64,000 nucleotides of DNA from the NCBI GenBank assembly GCA_903904605.1, contig CAIVDC010000135.1, positions 7,173 through 71,172 of the forward strand. Reading direction: 5' to 3'. The notes beneath the pieces are model-generated. The model was not told the DNA's origin, did not search any database, and worked only from the letters and a program-made list of their open reading frames with translations. This stretch comes from an uncultured Sterolibacterium sp. (GTDB lineage Bacteria; Pseudomonadota; Gammaproteobacteria; Burkholderiales; Rhodocyclaceae). This document shows positions 1 to 9,347 of the stretch, piece by piece (positions within the stretch are counted from its first letter, which is position 1; every line of letters starts with the position of its first letter). Both the position numbers and the translations under genes were made by a program.

Positions 1-356
1 GTCATGGTGCGGTTGCCTTCCATGACGTCCCGGTCGATCGTCGCCAGCTTTGCGGCTTCCGGCGGCGGGAAAAGCGCCGAGGCGTCCCGCCCCAGCACCT
101 CATGCAGCGGCTTGCCGACCCTGCGGCAGGCCTCGCGGTTGTATAGCAGATAACGGCCTGCCGCGTCCTTGACGAAGATGGCGTCGTCGGAGGCCTCGGC
201 CAGGGCGCCCAGCAGTTCCAGGGCGCGCAGCTTCTCGCTCTGGTCCTGCCGCACCCACCCGGCCCGTGCCTGGTGCCGGCGTCGGCGCATGACGAAGTGT
301 CCGAAGACAAGCAGACAGAGGATCAGGACACCGGCCAGGGCGATGGAGGAGGACAT
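1..356 (-). CDS. PAS-domain sensor protein, N-terminal part (3' end runs off the window)
   Basis: Not in the ORF track because there is no stop in the window. A reverse-strand ATG at 356 lies 1 nt after the stop (358-360) of the upstream regulator. It translates without stops to MSSSIALAGVLILCLLVFGHFVMRRRRHQARAGWVRQDQSEKLRALELLGALAEASDDAIFVKDAAGRYLLYNREACRRVGKPLHEVLGRDASALFPPPEAAKLATIDRDVMEGNRTM. That gives one TM helix followed by a PAS-like N-terminal signature. Confidence 0.6.
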   Translation of the reverse strand, partial: MSSSIALAGVLILCLLVFGHFVMRRRRHQARAGWVRQDQSEKLRALELLGALAEASDDAIFVKDAAGRYLLYNREACRRVGKPLHEVLGRDASALFPPPEAAKLATIDRDVMEGNRTM

Positions 357-357
357 G

Positions 358-1476
358 TCAGCGGCCGTCGTGATGCTGCACGGCGATCTCGGCGAATTCC
401 GCGAAGCCGGCGAGGAAGGCATCGCACACGTCCGGGTCGAACTGGCGACCGCACTCGGCCGCGATGCTCGCCCGGGCCCGTTCGAAATCCAGCGCCTCCT
501 TGTAGACCCGCCGCGAGATCAGCGCGTCGAAGACGTCCGCCACGGCCATGACCCTGGCGGAGAGCGGAATCGCTTCTCCGGCCAGGCCATCGGGGTAGCC
601 TAGTCCGTCCCAGCGCTCGTGATGCCAGCGGGCGATTTCCTTGGCGAGCAGCAGAAACTGCACCGGCTGGTCGATGTCCCGCTCGGCCAGTTCGATCGCC
701 TCGCTGCCCAGGCGCGAGTGGGTCTTCATGACTCGCCACTCGTCCTCGCTCAGTTTTCCCGTCTTGAGCAGGATGGAGTCCGGAATGCCGACCTTGCCGA
801 TATCGTGCAAGGGCGCCGAGCGGACCAGCATCTTGATGTAGGCCTCGTCGAGGGTCGCCGCGAAGCGCGGATGCCCGCGCAGGCGCTGGGCGAGAAGACG
901 CACATAGCCTTGCGTGCGCCGGATGTGGTTGCCGGTCTCGGGGTCGCGGGTCTCGGCCAGGTGCGCCAGCGCCCGGATGGCCACGGTCTGGATCTGTTCG
1001 TTCTCGTCCATGCGCCGCGCCACCTCCGCCTCCAGCGCCGCGTTCTGGTCATGGAGCCAGTCGCGCGCCAGCTTCGCCTGCAACTGGCTCTTCACCCGGG
1101 CCAGCACCACGTCGGGCTTGATCGGCTTGGCGATGTAGTCCGCGGCGCCGTGCTGGAAGCCCCGCTCCTCGTCGCGGGGCTGGTCCAGGGCGGTGAGGAG
1201 GATCACCGGGATGTCGCGGGTGGCCGGGTCCTGGCGCAATCGCCGCATCACTTCGTAGCCGTCCATCTCCGGCATCATCACGTCGAGCAGGATCAGCGCC
1301 GGGTGGGGTTCCTGGGCGGCATGATGGAGCGCGGCGCGGCCGGAATTGGCTGCCTTCACCTTGAAGCCCGCGCCGTGCAGGAGATCGCCCAGCACCGACA
1401 GGTTCACCGGCACGTCATCGACAATCAGGAGCAGCGCGCCCTTGCTTGCGTCAGAAGAATTTGTCATCGCACTCAT
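358..1476 (-). CDS. Response regulator with HD-GYP domain (putative c-di-GMP phosphodiesterase, RpfG-like)
   Basis: 372-aa ORF. The N-terminal receiver domain shows LLIVDDVPVNL and LLDVMMPEMDGY. The C-terminal HD-GYP domain shows HDIGKVGIPD and HHERWDGLGYPDGL. Confidence 0.9.
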   Translation of the reverse strand: MSAMTNSSDASKGALLLIVDDVPVNLSVLGDLLHGAGFKVKAANSGRAALHHAAQEPHPALILLDVMMPEMDGYEVMRRLRQDPATRDIPVILLTALDQPRDEERGFQHGAADYIAKPIKPDVVLARVKSQLQAKLARDWLHDQNAALEAEVARRMDENEQIQTVAIRALAHLAETRDPETGNHIRRTQGYVRLLAQRLRGHPRFAATLDEAYIKMLVRSAPLHDIGKVGIPDSILLKTGKLSEDEWRVMKTHSRLGSEAIELAERDIDQPVQFLLLAKEIARWHHERWDGLGYPDGLAGEAIPLSARVMAVADVFDALISRRVYKEALDFERARASIAAECGRQFDPDVCDAFLAGFAEFAEIAVQHHDGR

Positions 1477-1586
1477 GAAGATCCAGTTCGGCGGCGTTGC
1501 CGCATAAGCCGGCGCTAAGCTCGCGCCGGTGAGAGCGATACTCTCACCGGGACGGCGACATTGTTATCCGTGAATGACGCGAAAAA

Positions 1587-1875
1587 TTGCGGTAACTACG
1601 TAGTCGGGAGGCTGAAAGTTCATTACCGCGCCGCGCCATCCTTTGTCCCAAGGCTCCGGCCTCAACCAAATTGGGGCCTAATCCGAGCCAGCCGAATACG
1701 ATCCCTCAAGAATCAGGGAAACATGCCGATAAGCAATACATCCTTACTGGTCTCGTCGTCTCTGTCGCCCGCTTTCGGCTCTGAGCAAACCTGCCGCCAG
1801 TCGCCGCCTGAACCAATGCCCACGTCGGGAGCGCGCCGCCGGAGTTCAATCATGCGAACTACGTAGTTACCGCAA
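1587..1875. repeat. Pair of perfect 18-nt inverted repeats (TTGCGGTAACTACGTAGT / ACTACGTAGTTACCGCAA) flanking a 253-bp non-coding spacer
   Basis: Copy 1 is at 1587-1604 and copy 2 (the reverse complement) at 1858-1875. Each contains the palindromic core ACTACGTAGT. A degenerate third copy (GTGCGGCAACTACCGATG) follows immediately at about 1880-1897. The repeats lie in the lower-GC intergenic region between the HD-GYP regulator and cheY. Confidence 0.8.
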
Positions 1876-1998
1876 CGAGGTGCGGCAACTACCGATGAAC
1901 AAGACCGCGCCCCTTTGAGACAATCGCTCTCACTGAAACGAAGCTCCGTCGTCAGGCACGACGGCGAGATTTGATAGCAAGCTAAACAAGGGGCAACT

Positions 1999-2364
1999 AT
2001 GAGCACAATCATGTTGGTGGACGACTCGGCGACAATCCTGCTGAGCATCTCGAACATCCTGGGCAAATCCGGCTATGCGGTCGAAAAGGCCAGCAATGCC
2101 GCCGACGGCCTGGCCAAGTTCAAGGCCAACGTCAAGGTGGATCTGCTGATCACCGACCTCAACATGCCGGGCATGAACGGCATCGAGTTCATCAAGGAAG
2201 TGCGGAAGCTGCCGAACTACAAGTTCATGCCCATCCTCTTCCTGACCACCGAATCGCAACAGGCGAAGCGCGCCGAGGCCAAGGCGGCGGGCGCTTCCGG
2301 CTGGCTGGTGAAGCCGGCGACCGCGGACGAACTGCTCAACACCATCAAGCTCGTGCTGCGCTAG
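1999..2364 (+). CDS. cheY: CheY-like single-domain response regulator
   Basis: 121 aa. Receiver motifs are present: [19 protein letters not shown] and the conserved K in LVKP. It is the first gene of the che cluster. Confidence 0.9.
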   Translation: MSTIMLVDDSATILLSISNILGKSGYAVEKASNAADGLAKFKANVKVDLLITDLNMPGMNGIEFIKEVRKLPNYKFMPILFLTTESQQAKRAEAKAAGASGWLVKPATADELLNTIKLVLR

Positions 2365-2375
2365 GCCGCGAGGAT

Positions 2376-3656
2376 ATGGATCAAGACACGAGGTTCGGCC
2401 GCTCGGCGATGGTGTTTCTGGCCCTTGCCCTTTCCATCACGGGGATCGTCTATATGCTCGACGGCTGGTTCCACCGGGACCTGCTGCCCGCGCTCGGTCT
2501 TTCCCCGGCTTTCGGGGACGCGGTGGCGGGCCTTCTGATCGTCAGTCTCGCCCTGCTCGGCAATCGCCTGGTTTCGCGGGCCGTCTTCAAGGGCCTCAGT
2601 CTTGAGAGGAAGCTTGCCGCGGCTCAAGCCGGTCTTCGCCATGAAGCCCAGCGCAAGGCCGCGGACGAGGTCGGCGAAGAACTCAGGCAGATCCCGTCCT
2701 ATAACGACGTGGTGAGGAAGCAGCTCAACCTCGTCATCAGCGACACCGAGGCGGCCGCCTTCCAGATCACCGACAAGCTCAACACCATCGACGGCACTAT
2801 CTCCCAACTCGAGAAGTTCGTAAGCCGCTCGTCGAATGCCACGGCCGACCTGGCCGCCGGTTCGGAGGCCCGGATCAGCGGCAATCAGCAGTTGATCGAG
2901 ACCATGCGCCAGTACATCCACGATCGTATCGCGGAAGCGCAGCAGGACCAGCAGCGCGTCACCCAGGTCGTGAGCGAAGCCCATTCGCTCGAATCGCTGG
3001 TGCAGCTGATCAAGAACATCGCCAGCCAGACCAACCTCCTGGCCCTGAACGCGGCCATCGAGGCGGCGCGCGCCGGGGAAGCGGGACGGGGCTTCGCCGT
3101 GGTCGCCGACGAGGTGCGCAAGCTCTCGGGCGAGACCGCCAGCGTGGTGAGCAAGATCAATCAGGGCATCGTCGCCGTCGCCGAATCGATCGAGGGGCAG
3201 TTCAAGGACAAGCTGTCGCAGGCCAAGATCGAGCAGGAGCGCGCGGTGCTGGAACGATTCGCCGGGCAACTCGCCGGCCTGGGCCACAGCTACGCCGCAC
3301 TGGTTTCCAGCCAGCGCGAAGTCATGCAGACCATCGCCGGCAACAGCCAGCAACTGTCGCAGCTGTTCATGGACGCCATCGCCAGCGTGCAGTTCCAGGA
3401 CGTCACGCGGCAGCAGCTGGAACAGCTCGCGCATGCGCTGTCGCGACTCGACGAACATGCCTGTCTGATGGCCGAGCGGCTGCGTCGCTACGAGGACAGC
3501 GCCTTCGTCTTCGAGCCGCTGGCCACGCACCTGGACCAGCTCTATGCCGGTTACGTGATGGATTCTCAACGGCAGTCCCATCACGACGCCTTGGGCGGGG
3601 GCGGCAAGGCGGCCCGGGCGGCGGCCGCCAACGGCCCCAAGGTGGAATTGTTCTGA
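2376..3656 (+). CDS. Methyl-accepting chemotaxis protein (short, two N-terminal TM helices, no large periplasmic domain)
   Basis: 426 aa. It carries the highly conserved MCP signalling hairpin [37 protein letters not shown] and a C-terminal FQDVTRQQ motif. Confidence 0.9.
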   Translation: MDQDTRFGRSAMVFLALALSITGIVYMLDGWFHRDLLPALGLSPAFGDAVAGLLIVSLALLGNRLVSRAVFKGLSLERKLAAAQAGLRHEAQRKAADEVGEELRQIPSYNDVVRKQLNLVISDTEAAAFQITDKLNTIDGTISQLEKFVSRSSNATADLAAGSEARISGNQQLIETMRQYIHDRIAEAQQDQQRVTQVVSEAHSLESLVQLIKNIASQTNLLALNAAIEAARAGEAGRGFAVVADEVRKLSGETASVVSKINQGIVAVAESIEGQFKDKLSQAKIEQERAVLERFAGQLAGLGHSYAALVSSQREVMQTIAGNSQQLSQLFMDAIASVQFQDVTRQQLEQLAHALSRLDEHACLMAERLRRYEDSAFVFEPLATHLDQLYAGYVMDSQRQSHHDALGGGGKAARAAAANGPKVELF

Positions 3657-3682
3657 CCCGACTCTCCTGACTGGAACTCACT

Positions 3683-4009
3683 ATGGAAATCACAGAAAAG
3701 TCCTCCGCCACGACACAGCGCCTGTGCATCGAAGAGGATCTGACCATCTACCACGCCGAAGCGCTGAAGGCGCAACTGCTGGAAGCGCTGGGCGCAGCCC
3801 CGGCGCTCGAACTCGACCTGTCGCGCGTCGCCGAGATCGACAGTGCGGGACTGCAGCTCCTGCTCCTGGCCAAGCGCGAATCGCTGCGCGAGGGCCGCCG
3901 GCTTTCCATCGTCGCGCACAGCCCCGCGGTGCAGGAGACGATGGACTTCCTCAACCTTGCAGGCTATTTCGGCGACCCCCTGGTGATCCAGGCGCGGCAG
4001 GCCGACTGA
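3683..4009 (+). CDS. STAS-domain protein (anti-sigma-factor-antagonist fold)
   Basis: 108 aa. The pattern LDLSRVAEIDSAGLQLLLLAKRE is typical of SpoIIAA/STAS proteins. The gene sits between an MCP and cheA. Confidence 0.75.
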   Translation: MEITEKSSATTQRLCIEEDLTIYHAEALKAQLLEALGAAPALELDLSRVAEIDSAGLQLLLLAKRESLREGRRLSIVAHSPAVQETMDFLNLAGYFGDPLVIQARQAD

Positions 4010-4022
4010 CGGAGAAACCCCC

Positions 4023-4850
4023 ATGGATGAGATACATATCGTCTTCGTTCAGGAAGCGCGCGAACAGATCGCCGCGCTGGAAGCCGGACTGATGGCGATC
4101 GAACAGGGCGACCGCGACCCCGAGACAATCAACGCCATCTTCCGCGCCGCGCACACCATCAAGGGCGGCGCCGGCGTCGTCGAACTGGGCTCGATCGAGA
4201 CTTTCACCCACTCGATGGAGAACGCGCTCGACCGCGTGAGAAACGGCGAACTCGAACTGACGCCGGCACTGATCCTGCTGTTGCTCTCCTGTTGCGATCA
4301 ACTCTCGGGCCTGCTCGATGCCATCGAAGGCGGCGGCAGCGGCGACGAACCGGCAATAGCGACGCGCAGCCAGGCGCTTACGGAGGAGCTCAAGGCCTAT
4401 CTCGGCGCCGGGGTCGCGCAGACCACCGCCGCCTTGGCCACGGAGTCGGCCGATAGCGTGGAAAGCTCCGGCGGCGGCAAGGTCGCCACCGATACCTGGC
4501 ACATCTCGGTGCGCTTCGGCCCGGGCGTGCTGAGGCAAGGCATGGACCCGCAGGCATTCCTGCGCCACCTCTTGACCCTGGGCGAGATCGCCCACATCAC
4601 CACGCTGTTCGATGCCATGCCGGCCGCGGCGGAGATGGATCCGGAGTCCTGCTATCTCGGCTTCGAGATCGGTTTCCGGAGCCATGCCGAGAAGACCGCC
4701 ATCGAGCGCGTCTTCGACTTCGTCAAGGACGACTGCGAGCTGCATATCCTGCCGCCGAACAGCAAACTGGACGACTACCTCAAGCTGATCGGGGACTGCC
4801 CGAGGAGAACATGCGCCTGGGCGAAATCCTGGTCAAGAGCGGCGCACTGA
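4023..4850 (+). CDS. cheA: CheA histidine kinase, N-terminal fragment (Hpt/P1 domain plus linker domain), ending in an out-of-frame tail
   Basis: The Hpt phosphorylation site is FRAAHTIKGGAG. The last 17 codons or so (CPRRTCAWAKSWSRAAH) look like frameshift read-through. The ORF overlaps the next ORF by 40 nt in another frame. Confidence 0.75.
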   Translation: MDEIHIVFVQEAREQIAALEAGLMAIEQGDRDPETINAIFRAAHTIKGGAGVVELGSIETFTHSMENALDRVRNGELELTPALILLLLSCCDQLSGLLDAIEGGGSGDEPAIATRSQALTEELKAYLGAGVAQTTAALATESADSVESSGGGKVATDTWHISVRFGPGVLRQGMDPQAFLRHLLTLGEIAHITTLFDAMPAAAEMDPESCYLGFEIGFRSHAEKTAIERVFDFVKDDCELHILPPNSKLDDYLKLIGDCPRRTCAWAKSWSRAAH

Positions 4851-6202
4851 CGCAGGAGGAACTCGAGCACGGCCTGCGCCGGCAGAAGGCGCTGGAAGCC
4901 GCGCCGCGCGCCGAGGGCACGGCCGCGCCTTTCCTGGGCGAAATACTGGTGGGCCAGCGGCAGGTGCAGCCCGAACTGGTCGAAGCCGCGGTGGTCAAGC
5001 AGAAACAGGTGAGCGAGCGGAAGGCGGCGGAATCGCGCCTGATCCGCGTCCAGTCGGACAAGCTCGACCAGTTGATCGACCTGGTCGGCGAACTGGTGAT
5101 CGCCGGCGCCAGCGCCAACCTGATCGCACAGAAGAGCGGACAGACCGCGCTGTTCGAGGCGACCTCGATCCTCACCCGGCTGGTCGAGGATATTCGCGAC
5201 TCGGCCCTGCAGCTGCGCATGGTGCAGATCGGCGAGACCTTCAACCGCTTCAACCGGGTGGTGCGCGACATCTCCAAGGAGATCGGCAAGGACATCGAAC
5301 TCGTCATCAGCGGCGGCGACAGCGAACTCGACAAGTCGGTGGTGGAAAAGATCGGCGACCCGCTGATGCACCTGGTCAGGAACGCCATCGATCACGGCAT
5401 AGAGCCGGCGGCGGCGCGCGCGGCCGCCGGCAAGCCGGCCAAGGGACGGGTGGAATTGAACGCCCATCACGACGCGGGCAGCATCGTCATCGAAGTCGCC
5501 GACGACGGCGGCGGTCTCAACCGCGACCGGATCCTCGCCAAGGCCGTCGAAAAAGGCATCGTCCAGGCCGGGCAGGCGCTCTCCGACCAGGAGATCATCA
5601 ACCTGATCTTCGAGGCCGGCTTCTCCACCGCCGACCAGGTCTCCAGCCTCTCCGGCCGGGGCGTGGGCATGGACGTGGTGAAGCGGAACATCCAGGCGCT
5701 GCGCGGCGTGGTCGAAGTCAGCACCGAGCCCGGCCGGGGCTCCCGCTTCACCATCCGCCTGCCGCTGACGCTCGCCATCATCGACGGCTTCCTGGTCGGC
5801 GTGGACGGCTCCTCCTTCGTCATCCCGCTCGACACTGTGGTCGAATGCCTCGAGCTGAAGGACGAGGCAGCGGATCGCCACTACCTCAACCTGCGCGGCG
5901 AAGTCCTGCCCTGCGTGCGCCTGCGCGAACTGTTCGAGGTGCCGGGAACCTTGCCGGCGCGCGAGAACGTCGTGGTCGTCAGGATGGGCGGGCAGAAGGC
6001 GGGCATCGTCGTCGATCAGCTGCTCGGCGAATTCCAGACGGTGATCAAGCCGCTCGCCAGCATCTTCCGCAACCTGCGCGGCATCGGCGGCTCGACCATC
6101 CTCGGCAGCGGCGAGGTGGCCCTGATCCTCGACGTCCTGGCGCTCACCGGCATCGCGGTCAGACGCGAGACCGAACATTTCACGGCCGGCGCGGCCCGCT
6201 GA
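4811..6202 (+). CDS. cheA: CheA histidine kinase core (MshEN-like motif pair, dimerisation, HATPase and CheW-like domains)
   Basis: 463 aa. It has the dimerisation/P3 stretch IRVQSDKLDQLIDLVGELV, the N-box HLVRNAIDHGIE, the G-boxes DDGGGL and GRGVGMDVV, and a C-terminal CheW-like domain. The ATG at 4811 is preceded by GAGGAG. Confidence 0.85.
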   Translation: MRLGEILVKSGALTQEELEHGLRRQKALEAAPRAEGTAAPFLGEILVGQRQVQPELVEAAVVKQKQVSERKAAESRLIRVQSDKLDQLIDLVGELVIAGASANLIAQKSGQTALFEATSILTRLVEDIRDSALQLRMVQIGETFNRFNRVVRDISKEIGKDIELVISGGDSELDKSVVEKIGDPLMHLVRNAIDHGIEPAAARAAAGKPAKGRVELNAHHDAGSIVIEVADDGGGLNRDRILAKAVEKGIVQAGQALSDQEIINLIFEAGFSTADQVSSLSGRGVGMDVVKRNIQALRGVVEVSTEPGRGSRFTIRLPLTLAIIDGFLVGVDGSSFVIPLDTVVECLELKDEAADRHYLNLRGEVLPCVRLRELFEVPGTLPARENVVVVRMGGQKAGIVVDQLLGEFQTVIKPLASIFRNLRGIGGSTILGSGEVALILDVLALTGIAVRRETEHFTAGAAR

Positions 6203-6268
6203 AGTTGAGACCGTATTCAACACTAATCGTCTTTCCACGCTAGAACTCTTATTACAGGAGATATTGAA

Positions 6269-7903
6269 ATGTTCAAGAACATGAGAATCGCCATGCGCCT
6301 GGGATTGGGCTTCGGCCTGGTCCTGGTTCTGTTATCCGTCATCGCCCTGGTCGGCATCACCCGGCTGGCCGCCTTGGATGCCAGCATCACCAAGGTGACC
6401 GAAGACCGCTATCCCAAGACGGTGACGGCCAATATCGTCCTGACGAACCTGAATCGCATCGCCCGCTCCATGAGAAACGTCCTCATCATGGACAAGAGCG
6501 AGGAAATCAGGAAGGAACTGGAGGGCATCGAGTCATCGCGAACTGCGATTAAGGATAATCTCGACAAGCTGGACAAAACCATCGTCAGCGCCAAGGGCAA
6601 GGAGTTACTCAAAGGAATTACCGAAGCGCGCGGTAAATACATCGGCAACCAGGAGAAGTTTCTGAAGTTGATCGCGGACAATAAGAAAGCCGAAGCGCGC
6701 GATCTCTTGATCGGTGAAATCCACTCTCAGCAACTGGCCTACTTCAATTCCCTAGACAAACTGATCGATTTCCAAGGCAGCCTGATGGAGGAAGCCAGCA
6801 AGGAGGCCGCGGATGAGTATCAAGCCGCGCGAAACCTGATGTTGATCCTGGCCGGCATCGCCATTCTCGCGGGCATGGCCATGGCCTTCCTGATCACGCG
6901 CAGCCTGATCAAGGCGCTGGGCGGCGAGCCCGGCGACGCGGCCGAGATCGCCCAGAAGATCGCCGCCGGAGACCTGACGGTCGAAGTGAATACCAGGAAG
7001 GGCGACACCACCAGCATGATGGCCTCGATGCAGGCCATGGTCGGCAAGCTCGCCCACATCATCGGCGAAGTGCGGACCTCGGCGGACTCCCTGTCCTCGG
7101 CCTCCGAGGAAGTCTCGGCGACGGCCCAGTCGCTGTCGCAAGGAGCCTCCGAACAGGCGGCGAGCGTCGAGGAGACGACGGCGAGCATGGAGCAGATGAC
7201 CGCCTCGATCGCGCAGAACACCGAGAACGCCAAGGTCACCGACGGCATGGCCGGCAAGGCCGCCCGGGAAGCCGAGGAAGGCGGCAAGGCGGTGAAGGAC
7301 ACTGTGGCCGCGATGAAGCAGATCGCGGGCAAGATCGGCATCATCGACGACATCGCCTACCAGACCAATCTGCTGGCGCTCAACGCGGCGATCGAGGCGG
7401 CCCGGGCCGGGGAGCACGGCAAGGGCTTCGCGGTGGTCGCGGCGGAAGTGAGGAAGCTCGCGGAGCGCTCGCAGGTGGCGGCGCAGGAGATCGGCCAACT
7501 GGCCGGCGGCAGTGTGGACATGGCGGAACAGGCCGGCAAACTGCTCGACGAGATGGTGCCCTCGATCCGCAAGACTTCGGATCTCGTGCAGGAAATCGCC
7601 TCGGCGAGCCAGGAACAGAGCAGCGGCGTCGGCCAGATCAACGACGCCATGACGCAGCTCAATCAGACCACACAGCAGGCGGCTTCCTCCTCCGAGGAAC
7701 TGGCCGCCACCGCCGAGGAAATGGGCGGCCAGGCCGAACAACTGCAGCAGCTCATGGAATTTTTCAAGGTCGATGAGGGCGGCGCAACGAAAAGTGCGGC
7801 GCGGCGCGCCAAGGAAGGCCAGCGGCCAGCGGCAAAGGTTCGCCCAGCTGGCGTAAAGAACGGGTCGGCCAGCCTGAATGCGCAGGATTTCGAGCGCTTC
7901 TGA
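6269..7903 (+). CDS. Methyl-accepting chemotaxis protein (4-helix-bundle sensor, HAMP, MA domain)
   Basis: 544 aa. It has an N-terminal TM helix, a periplasmic helical region, a second TM helix, a HAMP region and the signalling hairpin [37 protein letters not shown]. Confidence 0.9.
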   Translation: MFKNMRIAMRLGLGFGLVLVLLSVIALVGITRLAALDASITKVTEDRYPKTVTANIVLTNLNRIARSMRNVLIMDKSEEIRKELEGIESSRTAIKDNLDKLDKTIVSAKGKELLKGITEARGKYIGNQEKFLKLIADNKKAEARDLLIGEIHSQQLAYFNSLDKLIDFQGSLMEEASKEAADEYQAARNLMLILAGIAILAGMAMAFLITRSLIKALGGEPGDAAEIAQKIAAGDLTVEVNTRKGDTTSMMASMQAMVGKLAHIIGEVRTSADSLSSASEEVSATAQSLSQGASEQAASVEETTASMEQMTASIAQNTENAKVTDGMAGKAAREAEEGGKAVKDTVAAMKQIAGKIGIIDDIAYQTNLLALNAAIEAARAGEHGKGFAVVAAEVRKLAERSQVAAQEIGQLAGGSVDMAEQAGKLLDEMVPSIRKTSDLVQEIASASQEQSSGVGQINDAMTQLNQTTQQAASSSEELAATAEEMGGQAEQLQQLMEFFKVDEGGATKSAARRAKEGQRPAAKVRPAGVKNGSASLNAQDFERF

Positions 7904-7919
7904 GGCGGAGGCCACGATC

Positions 7920-8504
7920 ATGGGACAACAGCTAATGCAAACAGCGGCGGCGAAGACGCCGGCCGCCCAGGCTGCCGCCGCCGAGCTTCAGCAATACCTG
8001 ACCTTCCTGTCGGGCGGGGAGATGTACGGCCTGGCCATCCTGAACGTCAAGGAGATCATCGAGTACGGCAGTCTGACCGAGATCCCGATGATGCCGGCCT
8101 TCATCCGCGGCGTCATCAACCTGCGCGGCGCGGTGGTGCCGGTGGTGGACCTCCTGGCCCGCTTCGGCGGCAAGCAGACCGAGGTCGGCCGGCGCACCTG
8201 CATCGTCATCGTCGAGATGGAGAACGACGAGGGCCGCCAGGACATCGGCGTGGTGGTCGATGCGGTGAGCGAAGTGCTGGAGATCGCCGACGGCGATATC
8301 GAGCCGCCGCCGGCCTTCGGCGCGCGGATACGCACCGACTTCATCAACGGCATGGGCAAGGTCGCCGGCAAGTTCGTCATCCTGCTCAACATTCAGCGCG
8401 TCCTCTCGGCCGAGGAGATGGCCCTGCTGGCCCATGCCGGCGATGGCGGCCAGAGCGGCGAAAGCGCGGCGGCCCTGGAATCCGCGGCGCCGCAGCGCCC
8501 TTAA
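7920..8504 (+). CDS. cheW: CheW coupling protein
   Basis: CheW-like domain (QYLTFLSGGEMYGLAILNVKEIIEY, INLRGAVVPVVDL). The start was chosen at M15 of the track ORF (7878). It lies after the MCP stop and 8 nt downstream of GGAGG. Confidence 0.85.
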   Translation: MGQQLMQTAAAKTPAAQAAAAELQQYLTFLSGGEMYGLAILNVKEIIEYGSLTEIPMMPAFIRGVINLRGAVVPVVDLLARFGGKQTEVGRRTCIVIVEMENDEGRQDIGVVVDAVSEVLEIADGDIEPPPAFGARIRTDFINGMGKVAGKFVILLNIQRVLSAEEMALLAHAGDGGQSGESAAALESAAPQRP

Positions 8505-8521
8505 AGGCGCCGCGCTGCCCC

Positions 8522-9340
8522 ATGCCGTCCGCAACCGAGCCCAAGGTCAGCGATGCCGAGTTCGCCCAGTTCCAGGCGCTGATCTACCGGATCGCCGGCA
8601 TCAGCCTGTCGGACGCCAAGAAGCTCCTGCTCATGGGCCGCCTGGGGCGCCGCCTGCGGCACCATGGCCTGGCCAGCTACGGCGAGTACTTCCGGCTGGT
8701 CACCGGCGCCGCGGGCGCCGGCGAGCTGCAGATCATGGTGGATCTCTTGACCACCAACGAGACCTATTTCTTCCGCGAGGAAAAGCATTTCTCCTTCCTC
8801 TCCCAGCAGGTCCTGGCGCAGCATCCGCCCGGCCGCGGCTTCGACATCTGGAGCGCCGCCTGCTCCACCGGCGAGGAGGTCTACACCCTGGCCATGGTCC
8901 TGGCCGAGCGTTTCGGCCTGACGGCGACCTGGAGCGTCACCGGCTCCGACATCAGCACCCAGGTGCTGGCGGCGGCGGAACGCGGCCTCTATCCTATGGA
9001 GCGGGCGCGCGGCATGCCCAAGGAATACCTGCGAAAATACTGCCTGAAGGGCGTGCGCGAACACGAGGGCAGCTTCCTGATCGACCAGCCGCTGCGCCAG
9101 CATGTACGCTTCAGGCAGGTCAACCTGAACGAAGCGCTGTCCAACGCCGGTACCTATGATGTGATCTTCCTGCGCAACGTGATGATCTACTTCGACCTGG
9201 AAACCAAGCGCCAGGTGGTGGCCAGGCTGGCCAGCCAGCTCAGGCCGGGCGGCCACTTCATCGTCGGCCACTCGGAGTCCCTGAACGGCATCAACGAAAC
9301 CCTGCAACTGGTGCAGGCGACCGTCTACCGCAAGCCATGA
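8522..9340 (+). CDS. cheR: Chemotaxis protein methyltransferase CheR
   Basis: 272 aa. It shows [10 protein letters not shown], the SAM-binding stretch [17 protein letters not shown], and [11 protein letters not shown]. Confidence 0.9.
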   Translation: MPSATEPKVSDAEFAQFQALIYRIAGISLSDAKKLLLMGRLGRRLRHHGLASYGEYFRLVTGAAGAGELQIMVDLLTTNETYFFREEKHFSFLSQQVLAQHPPGRGFDIWSAACSTGEEVYTLAMVLAERFGLTATWSVTGSDISTQVLAAAERGLYPMERARGMPKEYLRKYCLKGVREHEGSFLIDQPLRQHVRFRQVNLNEALSNAGTYDVIFLRNVMIYFDLETKRQVVARLASQLRPGGHFIVGHSESLNGINETLQLVQATVYRKP

Positions 9341-9347
9341 GCCGCCC

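Noticed and set aside
2-310. Track ORF of 102 aa on the minus strand at the left edge.
   Set aside because: A different minus-strand frame (ATG at 356) gives a TM helix plus a PAS-like sequence and abuts the upstream regulator. The 2-310 frame is Arg/Trp/Pro/Cys-rich and looks non-coding.
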